Origin: Massalongia carnosa
Lineage: Eukaryota
DNA: 64,000 nt
Assembly (NCBI GenBank): GCA_965645245.1
Contig: OZ287069.1
Span: 2,790,001 to 2,854,000 of the forward strand
Reading direction: 5' to 3'
A model generated the notes under the pieces. That model worked only from the letters and a program-made list of their open reading frames with translations. It was not told the DNA's origin and ran no database searches. Position numbers and translations under genes: made by a program. How positions within the stretch are numbered: the first letter of the stretch is position 1; each line of letters begins with the position of its first letter. Shown here piece by piece: positions 47,883 to 63,299 of the stretch.

Positions 47883-48482
47883 GGGAGAGGAAAAGGACAA
47901 AGAAAGTGGGAAATGGGCGTGAAAAGGCGCCAGGGGATAACAGGGTCGAGGGATACCGAAAAGGGGGGTTTGATACCCAAGCGCAGCAGATCTGGAGTCT
48001 TTAGGCGCGATATATGGCGAGCATAGAAACAGGTAAAAAGGGTCATGTTTAATTCAAGGCTAGGCTACCCATCCACACCCACACACGAAGCCCTTGTTGC
48101 GCCTCGCTCCTATACATAAAGAAGCTATGTTTCGCTTCAAGGACCAACGGGAAGGCAACATGAAGCAAAAAGGCAACCTTCTAATCAAAACTAGAACCAA
48201 AGCTAGAACGAGAAATGCACGCTAGGGATATTTTATGTTGAACAAACCCAGAGTTTTGAGACTGGGAAAGAGACAAAGGCAAAGACAAAGAGAAACGCGT
48301 GTAAATTTGCACGAAGTCCGCCGTACCGTCCCATGCGACACCGTTATCACCGCCGCCCCTCCTTCTCCTTCTCTATGGATCCGGATCCAATTCTTGTAAA
48401 TCACCCAATTCCCCACGCTATGCAACTGCGCTAAAGATCAAGGTTCCATGTCGTTGGAATTCAAAATTCATCATGAACGTAG

Positions 48483-50903
48483 TTATATACAGGGTAAGAA
48501 CTGTCGGTACAGTTAGCCAAGAAAAGGTCAAGGGAAGAGGGAATACGCGGATGCTTTGGCAAAACGGCGATGGATAATGGAGTAAGGTACTAACGTTCAT
48601 TACAATCAGCATCGGGATATCAAACACGTCTCGCTTAACCGTCCAGCAATAGCTACACTCCACCTTCCCGTCCTTGTCGCCGAGCCGAGTGACGGCGGCC
48701 TCGCCGCCGATACCGCTCATGCTGTGGGGGCTAATACGTCGTTTCTTGACCTGAAATCGCGACGACCCGATATCTCCATCGAGGCCTGGATCGGCAGCCT
48801 CGGCAGCCTCGGCAGCGAAATCGATGGCGGTTTTGTACTTCAAAAGTTTGCATTGCGTAGTAACGCTCCCTCTCGAATCACCAAACGCAAGCCGAGCAAA
48901 ATCCTCATAAAAATCAATGGCACTTTCGTCATCGAGAAGTTCCGCAACAAAGACGGGTTGCGGTCGAAAGTCTTCGGCAGCCTCAACTTTGGTCCCGTCG
49001 GGCATTCTGGGGGCAGTGAAATCCCCTCTAGACGATATACCTGTACTTGATGAACTGTAGGGTCCACCGGTGTTAACATTGAGGTTAGGTTCTTTGCCAA
49101 GGAGGATGTCTTTTTTCCACCCAGTGAGGATGCTGAACTCCTTTCCCACGGCCGCCACTTCTCCCGTTCGTCGACATACTATGGTAGGCGTGCCGCAAGC
49201 ATTAATGAAATCTTCATACTCCCACAGGGTGCGTTGGAAGCACTTTTCCATGAAGATGAGGTCGTCACGGTTCAAGGTCTTGGTGCAGGAGATGAAAGAA
49301 GGCCGGATGGATGCAAGCGCTTTGGCAATGCGAAGTGTCTTTTGCGGAGAGAATCGTCGTTGAAGAAAGGCTGTCAGGCTGTGGAAACCGCTGGTGTATG
49401 AGTAAGGCTGCTTGACGCTCTCATAAATAGTGGAAGGGTCTCGAGTTCGACGAGCGGGCAGCCCTTGGGCTTCCAAGTTTGGCGAAGAAATCCTCGACTG
49501 GGGTTTCCGCTGCTGAGTGGAACAGTCTTGCATTGTTGGAAGCGATCCATTATTTGGGTAAAGTGTTGCAGGGCTATCGTCGTACCCACCGATCACATTC
49601 TGGGGACTGGATGCCGAACTCGGGGTGGTGAAATTACTCGAACTCGCCCCAATTGCGTATGCAAGAGGAGTCTCCTGCTTCATCAGGCTGTTCATAGGAT
49701 CTGGATTCCGCCCATTAACATTGTAAGCTTGAGGGCCGCTACCCTGCCTGATGTTTATTTGAGAGTCGTTCCGCCACTCCCCGAGGCTTTGATCTTGGGG
49801 ATAGATGTAAGGCTGGGCATTCACAGGGCTGCCACTATAGCCTGTCGAGAGGGTTCCTGGCGTAGCGAAGTCCGCGCTATTGGCTTGATTCAAGTGCCCA
49901 GCAGTATCACTGGGAGGAGTCTCGGCAACACCAGAAGACATGTGGCCCAGCATACCAAATTCCAAAGCCCCATAATGGTTCCCAAAGTTAAAGCTTGCTG
50001 GATCAAAACTGTATTGCATTGGATCATGAGGATCGAAAATGTTAGGGGTAAAAGAATGGTGCATTGGAGTCGGTGGGCCTTGGGGATTGGGATGCAAAAC
50101 CCCAGCCATGTTCTGCATGGACGGTTCCTGATGACCGGAGCCAGGATTGAAGTGTGGTGAGATGGGGGGTTGCTGGTTGCTAAATACGTGGGCATTTATC
50201 ATGGTGTCGGTTAGCGGAGGAGGCATCTGGCCTTGCGGTCCGCTGGTGGGATACACAGAGAATGCTGTATTGGGTGCTTGTTGGTGGGCATAAACGTTCC
50301 CTGCGGATGGTACTGGATATCCGGTGTCCGGCGGTAGCTGTTGACCTTGTCCAAGGTTGGGCATGTAATGGAACCGACTGCCAGCACCGCCTCTGACTCC
50401 AACCCCTGGCATTAAAGCTTCATTTGGAGCATCATGCAAATACTTGGCCTTCTTTCGTACCCCGTCATGACACGCATCCTGTAAACCACGTTTTATACAC
50501 CTTTGACAAGGCCGCTCATCACCTACGACCGTCATCAGCCAAACAGTTCAAACCGATCTCCTCGATCGCCTTATCTTCAGTTGCAGTACACAGTTGAATG
50601 AAAAGCCATCGAAGAGGAGCAAAAGCAATACTCACCACAGGTCAAGTGAGCTCGCTGGCATGCATAACAAGCCCGCCTGGCCTTTTTCCTACGTGGCCGC
50701 AGCGGATCCTTCGTATTCAATGCGCTCTTTGTCTGCCCATTACTCGCCAAGGATTGAGAGTCTGCCCTTCCGCTAGGCTCGGAATGCTCCGCCATCTCGA
50801 CAGTCTCCTGGTCTCCACTATCTTCCGGGGACTGAGACTGAGATTGAGAAGGCGACTGTGAATGTGGCTGCGAAGCTCCATTGTCGCCAACTTCTAAGGT
50901 CAT
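48483..50903 (-). CDS. acuK: Zn(II)2Cys6 gluconeogenesis transcription activator AcuK (ERT1 ortholog) with C-terminal PAS-like domain
   Basis: [108 protein letters not shown]. Confidence 0.92.
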
Positions 50904-53900
50904 ATTATAGGGGAGGGGGGAAAGGGGTGGGAGTTGGTGTTCGAACGGAGCTCGAGGCACACAAGCCCGTATCCGCCAAAGTACCGCTACTGGACCACCC
51001 ACGCGTACCTCAATGCACGTACCCGTTGGCGCCCAGGACCAAAAGCTTCCCAAGAACCCCCTCGAGACCCAGGCACGCAACGATCACAATCAATTGTCCA
51101 ATCTTCAAGGCGCATTCATCCCAGAGTCGATGCGAGCGTCGTACCATGCGAGAGGAGTTCGCAGATAGTGTCCACGCGGATATGGCAAGTTCGAAGAGAA
51201 ATCAGTGGTGCAACGTTTGATATGTTATGCTTTTGGGGGGGGGGGGGGGGTCAATGACGCTTGGGTCAATCGTTGATGCAGTGGGGGATCTGTCCTCGAC
51301 TTGCAGAGTGCTTTTGCTTTTCGGTAGGAGGGAATATATATTGGGACGATGGGAAGCGTTTATCAGCAAAATGAATATTTTGCAACTGTGGGAAGACGAT
51401 TAAGATAGGGCAAAATATTTGTTTGGATAAAGACCCAGTTGAGGTTAGTCTTTTCCAACAGGATCAGTTAGGTTTAGGGTTAGGGGGGTGAATGGTGAGG
51501 AGTTGGCTATACCAAGTGCAGGGTAGGTAAGAATATTGGCAAATGGCTTGTCGATCGCGTCGTAACATTATTGAATGGCGGTAATGCCAGGTGAATGCCA
51601 GGAATGCCAGGAATGTTAAGACGCCCGTTCTGATGCCAGCTGATGGCTAGCAGATGCACCCTAGGAGATGCGTGATGAATGATTGCATACTCTCTGTACA
51701 GGACGTCAAACCGATGCGTCGGGTACACTCTTTGGGACAAGCTCATCCAGCAACGACTGAGACCAACCGTCTCAGATACCATTGATGTTGTTAACGTGAT
51801 TTGCAAACTCTTGATGTTGGGGGTTCACTTAAGTTCCTGCGAATGACGACGTCAAGATAAGTGCTTTTCAGCTCAGATGAAACCCGAAAGTGAAGTCGTA
51901 GGATGCGAGAAATCATCTCATCATCCTGAATTCTGGAGGATGATGGAGATGCTGATGATGCTTTCTAATGCCCCTCTTCAAACGACCTCGGTTGACCTAA
52001 ACTCCCTGCTTACTTAATGATTCAATGTCTTGATTTATAACACCACGCTATTGGGGGTGCCTTTACCGTACAAAGTACTTAACAGAGTTCTTACAGAGTT
52101 CTTACAGAGTAGTCCGTAATAGTTCTAGCACTTAACCCATCGCGGGCGTGACAAGCGAGTTGGGGGCTCCTGGATGATTCGTTACTTTAGAAATGTTACG
52201 CGATGTGGATCTAACGTGGTCTGTACCCTGTAACATTTCACTAGATAGGTCTGAACCTATCATCAGCGCGTCAAAACGATCGAGAGCATCTAGTGTACTC
52301 TAACTCTCTCGGTGCTAAATATGACTCGCGAGTCGCGAATCACCCGACGGGAGAGGATCGAATAAGTGTTCGAATGTTCAACGTCCCGAACGGCCCGCAG
52401 CTAAAAAATCCAACAGGAAAAAGAAAAGTCTACAACTGCAGCCGGACTTGCTGCACGATCCAATAGGGTCAACACACGACGAGTGATCTTCAAAGGTCTT
52501 CATTTCGCAAGAATTTTTTTCATTCTATTAATGTTATCAATTGCTGACCTGTGGATGGCCTCGTGGTGAAAATAGATAGGAGAGTTTTGGGGGGAGGGAT
52601 GAAGGCTTGCAGGCATGTAGGCTGAAGAGTTGAAAGCCTAAGAAAGTCAATAGTGACGCTGGTACAGATTACAAAGTTATTGTGTATGGTACGACAAAGA
52701 TAGGGCCAAAACAAGGCTTTACAAACCAACGTTACCTATCTACCTGCTCGTATCAATGACCTACCTGCGAACGCAGGCAGCAGTGGACCCAAAGGTATAG
52801 TGATCGAGGTCCTCGCTACGGGAGGGAAGGTAAGATCAAATATTATATATAAGAGGAAAGGAAGCCGTGGTGATCAAGAGAAAAGCAATGGAGACAAGAC
52901 CAGACCAGACCATCTGAGCGAGACCAGAGTACAGCAGAAGTATTCTGTACACAGACAAACCAGACCAGGCCAAGGTATCTGATGTGGTTTATTATTACAA
53001 AGATATTAGGTGCATTGCAGAATGCAGGACATCCAAGGATCCCTCCAAGGCTCGCTCCTACCAACAGAGCATCCATCTATCATTCTAATTAAGCTTCACC
53101 ACGTACCTTATGCCTGCACACTGGACCATTCTCCGTTGCAGAAAGACGCTGGTAACCGCACTAACGTACAGAGTACATACCTCCCCATCTCCCTACCTAA
53201 GCGAAACCGCCTGACAGACTAACTATCCTGCCGCGTTTCTACCAAAGGATCTCGTATTCAACTTCGTTACAGAGTGCTACTGCAGGAAATGTAACTCCAA
53301 AGCCTATGTTGAAAGCTGCTTCTCCCCAGTCCTTGATCTATCACCCAACCAGAGAGATAGCGGGGACATGACGGGAGGCAATCAAGGAAGAGGCGCCGCT
53401 GCCCGGGCTAGACATACCGAACGATGTCAATTAGTCGGGAGCAGGAGTATGGCTAGCCGAGCGTATTTTTCCAATGCCCTTAGCCGGGTGTGTTAATGGC
53501 GTGGATGACCGAATAAGATAGGTTAATAGTCTCAAGCTCACGTGGCGCTTGGCAGCGCATGTCTCAAACTCAACTGTTTACCCTGTCGCTGCATTGGGCA
53601 AAATTCACCAATGCGATTCTCATTGTGAGCGCGTCCAGCTCCAAGTCAATTTCGAAAACGGAACCAAAACTTGGCTATTCACGTACCTTGGTTCATCGCT
53701 GCAAGGGTTGTATGCTCGCTGCATTCAGTTCTTCTGAGCAGAGCCCCACAATAAACTTTCACATCTTCGTTCGAATCAACCACCACTCTGGGCTTTGAAA
53801 CCTTCGTCCTTCCAAATCCATCTACATCGGCGCTCACGATCAGTATTGCAATTTAATTCAATTGCCGGATCAGTTCTTCCCTGGCCACGGTAAGACTAAG

Positions 53901-56900
53901 AGCATCCTTGAGAAAGAAAGTATAATTCGCTGAATCTCGAGTTATAAGTTAATTCATAGCTCATAACGAAAAGAGGGTCTTGTACCTCAACTAGATATCT
54001 CTAAACTTCAGTCTTGATCGGCGGTGTGCGATATTCTGGCTCGGCCCTTCCGTCTCCCCGGCCCTCGTAGACCGGATTCTCTAAGAGTCAGAATGGTGCA
54101 CTATCTATGCCAGCGCCCGTTCTACACTATATTAACTAGCATTATCAATAGCAAGCACTTAGAGCGTATCGTTGTGCCGCCATTGTTTAGCCTAGGGTTA
54201 TGGGTGAATACGAGCTAGACATCTGTACATACATAAACCCAGTATGCACTTTGGTGCGGCGAAGCAGACGATGGCGAAGATGCAGACATGCAGGCATTAC
54301 GCAGAAGGAATACGAGAAACATAGCGTATGGAGTAATCTAATACTCCTCATTGCTGGTGGACCGGCCCAGTCGTAGATTAGCGATTTATAACGATCTCCG
54401 TATACGAATCTTTTCGATAATGGAATATTCTTCCATCGCCTCCCCAGTGGAGGATAGATTTCGTCCATATAGGGGCAGATAGCAGAAAGAGGTTCAGGGT
54501 CGTACGATGTAGGGGGTCCACATTCTTTCTTGCAGCACGCGTCTCCTATCCATGGGAGACTGCCTGGATATCATAGGGTCTTACGTATTGTGGCGTAAAT
54601 GTTAAATGCCCTCGGAAACGCTTGTATAAGAGAGCCGGTACCGGCAAACGGGAGATGATCAGAAAGAGGTTTATGTTGACACCACCATCATTTGACCGAT
54701 CCTTGACTGATCCTACCACTAGCATTATCGCTGCACTTAGGCGTACGCGGCTCGATCAACGTATACATATGGAAATAAAAGAACATCTACATCCATCACA
54801 AGTAGGGGGCGAGTTTTCAAGGGCTGATATGCTGATTCTCCGGGACTGGGCTCCCTATGTTCCTTCCTTGCTAAGCTCTAGATGGGTGAACCTGATCAAA
54901 CCTATGCCACGTCCCCTCGCCACATGCCTTGAAGCAGGAATAATAAGTAGCAAAAGGCTCTTCTTCTCAATCCTATCATTTCCGAAGTAGGTAGTCGAGG
55001 CTGAAAGACAAGTACATGGAACGAAACGCAAGCATTGTAGTCGTCCCCTACTTGCAAGTTGTTTTTATTCTCCGGAATGAAAACTCAGAGCCCCGGCAAG
55101 CCTAACCTCAAGCAGGCACGAGCACCAGTCGCCAGTTTGACTTCCATACATCAAACCCACCAAGGCAAATTAATCACTTCTCGCAAAAGTCCATTGGTAT
55201 CGTGTTCATGAGACATTAGAATATCCTGTGCCTCCCTCTCTGTGCGTTTGGGTCTCGGAGGACCACGACCTCCCCCCCGTCCATGGTACTTCTCCTTGGA
55301 AGCATGAATGGATGGCTTATTAGGATCGGCATTTCAACTGGTTTGGAGCGATTTTTTCTTGTGGGAAAAAGCATATTAAACAGAGAAAGTTGGTCATTAG
55401 AGCATGAGGAACGTTAGCAGAGCACTTGAAGCCCATTTGTGTGTTCTGGGGACAATTGAAGAAGGTATGCCAAGCTTGTCTCTTCTCTCTCAAGCCGCAG
55501 GTATCGGCATTACAATATCAATGACGTGGTGCCCCCATTGAACCGTTGCCGTCGAGGTGCGTCTCCCATTCAACATTTAATATGCATACCATGACTCCGC
55601 AAAGAAGAATCTTCGACGGCCTTGAATTCACCTTGATAAGAGCCATAAAAAAAACTTCGGTGAATGGCCTCGCTCTTTGACTCCGTGAAACGACAAATGG
55701 TTGGGGGCCGTTGGACGGTTATTAAGTCAACATCCTTGAGAATTGTCAGCTTTGGAACCAACGCTTCGACTGCTGACCGATCACTAACAGAGCACAGACA
55801 ATCCTCGTCCTTCCTATGAATACATCCGACTACAAACAACTGTAGAATCCCTTATGATCGTGGACTTGCTCAGAGCGTCAACGGAGATGCTTTTCAGGCA
55901 CCGGATACCTCTCCGACGAGTTTCACGTCATTCTTTGACGTGTTCTCGGACAGTGAATGATTAAATTTCATCCTTCTGCCGCTTTAAGACCAAGACACAT
56001 TTATAGTAGACTGTACTATTGACCTCTTCGAACAGGTTTTGCTCCCTTCCACTTACAACTTTCCAGAAGCTTGATAATGCAGGTCCAACAGCTTCAACCA
56101 ACGACCAAGGATCATCTCAACTGCAAGTCAGGAAGTCACCTTATTTCACCGAGTGCCTGATGGACACATAAACGAGATTGGAGCACCCCACGGATGCATG
56201 CCATAGACGGCATGAAGCGAAAGGGAATGAGCGGCAGGAGCAGTCAAGCGGGGGTAAAAATCTTCAGGAACTACATTTGCTTCTGCCACCCCATTCTCCA
56301 TCTTTCTGGAAATCATCATATGATCACCTTTGCTTCATTTCTGGAATAAGATCATTGGTGATCTGCCTTATTTACATCTCGTTGGGATTGAGAAATGCCA
56401 ACGAAAAAGGCCGGATGGTTCCCCTCCGAATTCGAATTACGCCATGTTGGGAAACTTGCATCATTACGCAGAGTAGAACAGCTTGGAAGACTTACATAAT
56501 GGTTAGCTCTGCCGTTAGTGGAACTCGTTAACGCAGCCAAAAAAAATGGCTTAATGTCGGATTACTTCAAAGAATGTATGACGCAGGAAATTCTGCTCAC
56601 AACCCCGTTTCGCTACCGTGGCTGCTGAACCGCAACCTTATCGCGTCTTCCTTTCAGATCTTGTTCCCGATGCGCAAGCTACTCCGTGAAGTAGGCAGGT
56701 GCTTGGACACAAGAAATTCTTTCCTTTCAGATTCGTTAAATCTCTGCACGTCTTCTTTTTTAAACTTTGCATGAACGGAGCGAGTTGACCGAAGTAGTCC
56801 TCAGTACAATCTTTTATTTTTGTTCTTTGAGGAGTTCCTCTGCCCAACAAAACCCAAACTCCCTCGAATCTTCAGGTGTGAATGCACCACATGGTCCCAA

Positions 56901-58281
56901 GAGAGAATTGTATGATGTATTATTGCAATTGCTCTCATGATATCATTTGGGATACTAATCATAGGCTGTCGCTTCGTAATAACTCTTCTTCCTCCTCCGG
57001 AGTAGGAGCATAATCCATTTTGACCAACCCTTCATTGCCTGAGATTCCCTTTTGCTCTTTCATTCTCAACTCTTTTATTGCGAGATGTTTGTTGATTATC
57101 TCGCAGAGTATGGCATGACCCTACGACCTGGTTCAAAATGGCCAAAATCGGTCCACAGCGGAGGCATCAATGCTAGCACCACACGCTCCCGCACTTTGTC
57201 CATACTATTCGTATCTTCCACGAGTGCGTGCGCACCTTCATCAATAACGTTCCCCACCTCTTCGCCTTTCACCTTCCAATTTCCAACCGCAAGAATTATC
57301 AGCTTGGGTTACGCGGGAGCAGAAAGTCTGCCACCATTTTCCCATTCCTGAGCAACATGCACAATCTCCTAGCACTTCTAGGCACTAGTCAGGATGCTGG
57401 AAGTATTCTTGAAGTTGATGCGCATAGATCTGGGCAGATCGGAGTGAATCTAAAAGAATCAGATTCAAGGGCATCATAGCGAGTCAATTTCAAGCACATA
57501 TGCACCTCCGTACTGCGTAAGTTTCCTTTAGCTATGAATCTGAACGTATTGCTGCGTCACGAATCAATTGATCGACAAGATCGTATGGAGATCCGTGGTG
57601 CATGGTTTCACTTTCGCAGGGATCTCCCCTGAGCTTGCATCTTTGTGGGTGGGATGCTGGTCTGGCAACGGACATACACGGCCAAGTTCGGTTACGCTGA
57701 CAATGGAGAAGTTTCTTGCCGCGCAAATCAGCATTCTTCCAAATGGTCAAACCAAAACCACCACAGAGTACCGATACCAAATAAGTTCAGCCAGCCACCG
57801 TTGTTTATCGGTTTGAGATCCTGCAGTTAGAAATTACTGAAGGGTTGATGGAGATCCGCTCTGCGATGCGATACCATGCGATACCATGCGTGAAGCCCAG
57901 CCTGCTGCGTTAGTCATTGCTTTGGGTAAATATCATTCTTGGCTGGGCTAAGATGACTCGAGTACCGCAGGCGCCAAGGGGCTTGCTTCAGCCATGGGAC
58001 TTGCTCCGCTGAGTGTGAATGTCGGAGGCTTACGGACTTGTTTCCGCGCGACTCGAACAGGTCACAACTGATCCCCATGCGCTTGCAGTGGTGGAGTAAT
58101 TCTTAGAAGCGATTGGCTTGATCAAAACGGAAGGAGAGTTCTGTATACTCTGTTCGCAGTATTAGTCTTGTCCACGCCACTAAACGCCTCTTCATCAGTT
58201 AGAGGAGCTCTTGTCGCTCAAAAGAATCGATCGCTTGTACAGAGTACCGTATTAATTGGCAAATAAGAATGCAGTCTCATA

Positions 58282-58990
58282 GGGGGGGGTGCTCAACACA
58301 ATGGTCATTTTGAACGGGGTCTTATGAGGGGGTAGAACTTAGTCAGCAGAGAAAAAACACGAAAACGCGCACCCTTCCTAAGCATCTTTTTTATCATCCA
58401 TTTACCTATTCATCATTTCATCCATCTTTGTCTTTAATTTGATTAATTCTTCCCATTGGCTCCTCCACATGTTCAGAATCCTATGCAGGCTCAAAATCAA
58501 CCTCGTCCTGAGTCTATTTCGAAGCTCACCAGTCTTCGCAGCTTGCATTCAGCCCGACTTCCTAAAACAATGTATATGCTGCTCAACATGCCCGATTGCT
58601 CCAATGATAATGCTCCCACCATTAAACTAAAGACATCATTGAGAATAGAAAGTATGTTTTGAATGATGAATCTGAGGCCGTTTTGGATGATGATTTGAAG
58701 AACAATAGCGATAACGAAATGAGTGTCGATTGACGATTGATTTTCAAAAGATTTTCAGAAGACTTTTACTGCTGCTTAGAGAATTTTTACTACTGTTTTG
58801 CATACAGAATTGCTCTGTTATTGATTTGTCAACCTAAAATCTCCAAAATATGATCTTATAATCCAAGACCCCCTATGTTCGAAAATAAGCAATTTGAACG
58901 GAGTCTTATATCCAGAAGGTGTCTTACCCAAAAGTAGGATTTTATTTGCCAGTTAATATGGTAGTCTAGTACAGCTTGCTAATGGGGGTC
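58282..58990. mobile_element. Possible non-autonomous/deleted DNA transposon relic
   Basis: Begins with a G-run. A 17-bp direct repeat TTTGAACGG(G/A)GTCTTAT occurs at 58309 and 58893, with further GGGGTCTT/AAGACCCC motifs and an AT-rich interior. No TIR pair or TSD was confirmed. Confidence 0.3.
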
Positions 58991-61900
58991 TTAGTCGATT
59001 GGCTCCGAAATCCAGAGCCTCTTCGTCTTGCAAAACTTTGACAGTAATGCAAAGTAAAATAGAGAATCAGTTGATTAAGTAAAATCTTCCTTACTCCTAC
59101 TTCTATTCTCAAATCCATAGAATGATTCAAACTTGAACGACAATAGAGAGCAAAAATCATTTAGGCACGAGTTCGAGCAGCATTAGATTTACAAAGGCAA
59201 ACCGACGGCCAATGAGAGATACTCATGCGTGTTCTTGTATCTCCGTCCAGTCCTTTCGTTATCACCCTAACCTCACTTGGTCCATCCGTTAGATTTTCTT
59301 CTCGCCTTATTTTCCCTCTCTATGAAGAACCGCTCTTCGTCTTCCATTCCCTCCCTGTCCACTTCTTTACACAGATGATGCTCTGAGAATTCTTAGCATC
59401 CGGGGACTGGCAATATTCGCTGATTTCGTTTTGCTTATGTGTTGTTTGCTCGACCTCAGAGTTTTGTGAGAAACCCGCACGTCTTCTTTTGTGAATCTGT
59501 TCGTTGCGCTTGCTACTTGGTTCTTGCGCATTTTTCCTGGAGGGTTGAAAGTTTGCTTCTTTCAAGAAGGGTTGCCACCGTTATTCTTGGAGGTCGCAAA
59601 TAGATGTGGGAAGATCAAGGAGGGTGATACATCGGCGCGGGATTGAGTTTTTCTTGTCAAGTCTCACACTTGGAGTGTGGGATTTTTTATGTAATTATTA
59701 GGGACGTTTCTTTTCTTGCTACTAAAAATTCTCTTATTTTGCTAATGGTGTTGATTTTGTTCACTTATAACGACATGTCCATTGAAGAGAACGTGATATT
59801 TAACAATAAGTAAAATAGCAGATTAGGAAACAATAAAGTGGCATCTATAGGCTTACTTAATACTGCTCCATATGCTACTTTATCTGCTCTCCTCATACTA
59901 CGCCGATTGCTACTCCATCTACTTCCCTCCTCCTTTATCTGCAACATGCAGAAGTGTATACACACATCTCCTTCCTCTAAAATCTCGCCTACTCGCAGAG
60001 AGAAAGGAGTTTCCAAGGCACCGCCTATCGGCACCTGCTTCTCGTGCCTCCTAGCCCCCTTCATCTACTTATGCTAGCATTCATACTCTCTTCCCGAGAA
60101 AAACAAGGTTATTAAAGAACCAAAACAATAGGACTAACAAAGGCATTCCACATGTATACTTTTTTCGGCTACCTGCCTACTATTATCGGTGTGAATGACA
60201 ATATACCGCTCCGATTGCTCGGGTGACGCTTGAGCTCGTCGTCATTTTGTTATATTCATTTATAGCACCAGTTCTCTCGTTGCAGCCTTGGGTATTGCTC
60301 TCGTCTCGTTCATTTGACCCTCCCCCCCAGTTTTTTATTTTAACTAGAGGGTAGTGTTCACTACTTCCTTTTATCGTCACGTCAATCTCACACTGTTACG
60401 GAGGGAGGCTTTACTTGTCCATCATGACCGGAAATGACAGCTAAAAGAAACCGTGTTTTCGAGAAAGCAATCCCGGGGAAGGGAAAACGCCGCTGATGGA
60501 AACCCCGATTCGAGGAGGCTGGAGTGTGGGAGTAGATACATAGTAGGTACGCAGATAGGTTGAGATATATATTGGCGTTTGGTTTGCTAGCTAGGTAGCG
60601 TTGTTTTTTGTTGCTTGCTGATGATGCTGATAAAAGTGAAAATTGATAGTGGAAGGGAAAAGGGAAACTCTAACAACTGATTACAAAACCTCCAGGAATT
60701 TCAATTGCAAAACCCCGCTTTGCTTCGAGACGAACTGCTAGAACGCTCGCACTTTTTTCTTAGGAAATCAGGTCTTTGCGCTGCTTTCCATAGAGGGAAA
60801 ATACTTGGAGGGAGGGGGGAGGAATCTCTCTCTCTCTCTCGCTTTTCCTCGCCCCTATCTTTGATCCTCCCTTGTGCCAAAAATAAACACACAAAACACC
60901 ATAACAAGCTATAATGAGTCCCAAACCCCACACCATTTGACCCTTTGCCGGTCCCTCTTCCGGGTTTCATCCCCGCCGTTGCCCTGTCCCCATACTACGC
61001 TCTCCTTCAGAGTCTGAGAAGCTATATGGAGTTTCCATTTTCATTCCTGCTTTGACGCTGAGTTTATGATGAAGGAGGGGCAGGGAATGAATAGACAGAT
61101 AAATAAAACCTCTCGGTCGTGTCCAGATGGATACTCGTGACAACCAAAAAGTTTTTCCCTTTCCTTCCCTTCCTCTATTTTTCTTTCTTTCCCTTTTGGT
61201 TTCGATGATCGATTTTCGTCGAGACCGAGACCGAGAAAAAAAAATAATCAAGAGATGAAATATCAAACCAAAGCAGAACAAGCGAGTAAAGAAACCCCCC
61301 CCCCCCCCCGCGGATTCCATGGAGAGAGAGGGGGATATTTTCTTGAAACCCACGTTGTGAAAGGACGAAGGAGGGGGGGGGGGGTGGAGGCCCGTTGTAA
61401 GATATAATACGAGCAAGAAAGCAACGGATGTGAACGGGACAATTTGGAGACGAAGAGACCGAAAAGAACGGATTCTGATTCCATCTTTGGTCCTTTCATT
61501 CCAGAAACTCGTTCATCCATCCATCCATCAACAAACACACACACTCATCGTTCGCTTTCATGCTCGTTTTCCCCTCTTCATGGAGCTTTAGAGAATTTCT
61601 AAACTCGAATTTCTTCCCCCAAAAATATGCAGTAAAGGCGTCTTTCTCAACCTCCTTTTCCAAACCCCGCCATCAAAGGAGAACGGAAACGAAGGGGAGA
61701 ACCGAATCCCTCCCTTTCCCCAAACCGCACGCAACTCCTCGTACACATTACAACGATCGTCAAGCTATACTTACTCACGTTATTTTAACAACAATCGTAG
61801 ATACTGTTGCCCGGCTTCAGCCTCCTACAACCTAGATTCAACCTCACCAGAAGTCTACTGTCGATTTTTTAGGGTTCCTTCACAAGCTAGATTCACGACG

Positions 61901-62167
61901 CCAACTTACAAAATCTCGTTCTCCTTCAGGATTTCTAACACACTGAGATCATAATTAAATTTGCGGGTACGCTCTGGGCCTAAGGACGCAAGGACCTTCT
62001 GTCAGGCCCGGCACCCTGCCGGCGCTCAGGATTCGCAGTAGCGTGAGACGTAGTAGGTCCTATGGGTAGGTACGCTAAGAAGTAGTCATAGCATACCACG
62101 AGTTTAATAATCATTATACGTCAGATAAACGCTATGAACTCGAAATCAATCTTGTTATTTTAATTTG

Positions 62168-63299
62168 CTAAGGAGTGTAATCTCTATCGTTAACGTTGTG
62201 ATTACGCCTGGCAAGGTCTAGAAGCATTTTACAACAACGTTCCACTGCGAGCTCCTTACGAGCTGTTTCCAAATGAAGCCTCAACCGATCGAAGGTCAAT
62301 GGAAACCTTATGTTTCCCCCGTTTGTAGCATCGAGAGGGTAGAAGTCGCTCAACTTGAGGTCAAGTTCCGTAGTTGCATTATCCGGAACAAAAAACCATT
62401 AAAACCCCGAGTTAGCGTACATTAGCTGAATAAAAGAAAAGAAGTACAGCTCACTAATCGAGTTCCCTGCTGCTTCGCCTCTCCATTCACTGTATCTCTC
62501 TTCCATATCTCGAGAAACACGCACTTGTTACTAACCTAAACCAAATTGTTTATCTGGAGCGGGCCAAAGCTGTCGTTCGGATCTTTAAGAGTGACCATAG
62601 AAGTATCAAGATCTTTAGGATTAGGGAACCCAAGGTCCTCGAACTCATCATCTTCCAGTTTGCTGGTAGGGGAATAGTATCGTGGATTCTCCTCCACTTT
62701 GATTAGGATCACAGTCCTCATATCCCTGTTTCCTTCTATCCATAACTTGACGTCGTCAATAAGTTCTTCTTATGTTTCTGTGAAACAGATTTCAACCACA
62801 GCGGTGTATAAGACTTTATGATCTTGTCCTTTTTACTTGAACAGCACGTCTGGTTCCTTCGTACTACCCTCGTAAGCCCCTGTAAAGGCTTCTACTCTTT
62901 GAATCCCTACAACATCGATTTGCCTCGCTATTTCAGACCGAAAGTCCTGTATAGCAATAGTATCGCTTCTAATGAAGGGAGACGCAAGAATCTCGCGAAT
63001 AGGTGAGGGCATCCATTGGATAATCCCAGTGCAACTTCGGGAGCTGAAGGAGATAGATGGCCAACTATAACAAGTCATGTTAGCTATCATAATTTGCATA
63101 TTAGGGTCTAAAGAGTATACCGAAGATCAAGTCCATCATAACCAATGGCTTCATCCAGCTTTCGAAAATAATTTGCTGGCATTTGTACTCGTTCTACACT
63201 ATGCAAAGGTATGAACTTCTGTTTTCTGCGTTCCTTGTTGGCGAGGACACTCTCTTTAAGTCTTGCCTTGTATATTGTAAGGTCTGAAGGCGTAAACAT
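62168..63299 (-). pseudogene. Decayed fungal PD-(D/E)xK (Uma2/restriction-endonuclease-like) gene
   Basis: Fragments [18 protein letters not shown] and [30 protein letters not shown] match the PD...E-x-x-x-S/T-E pattern of this fungal family; there are several in-frame stops. Confidence 0.55.
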
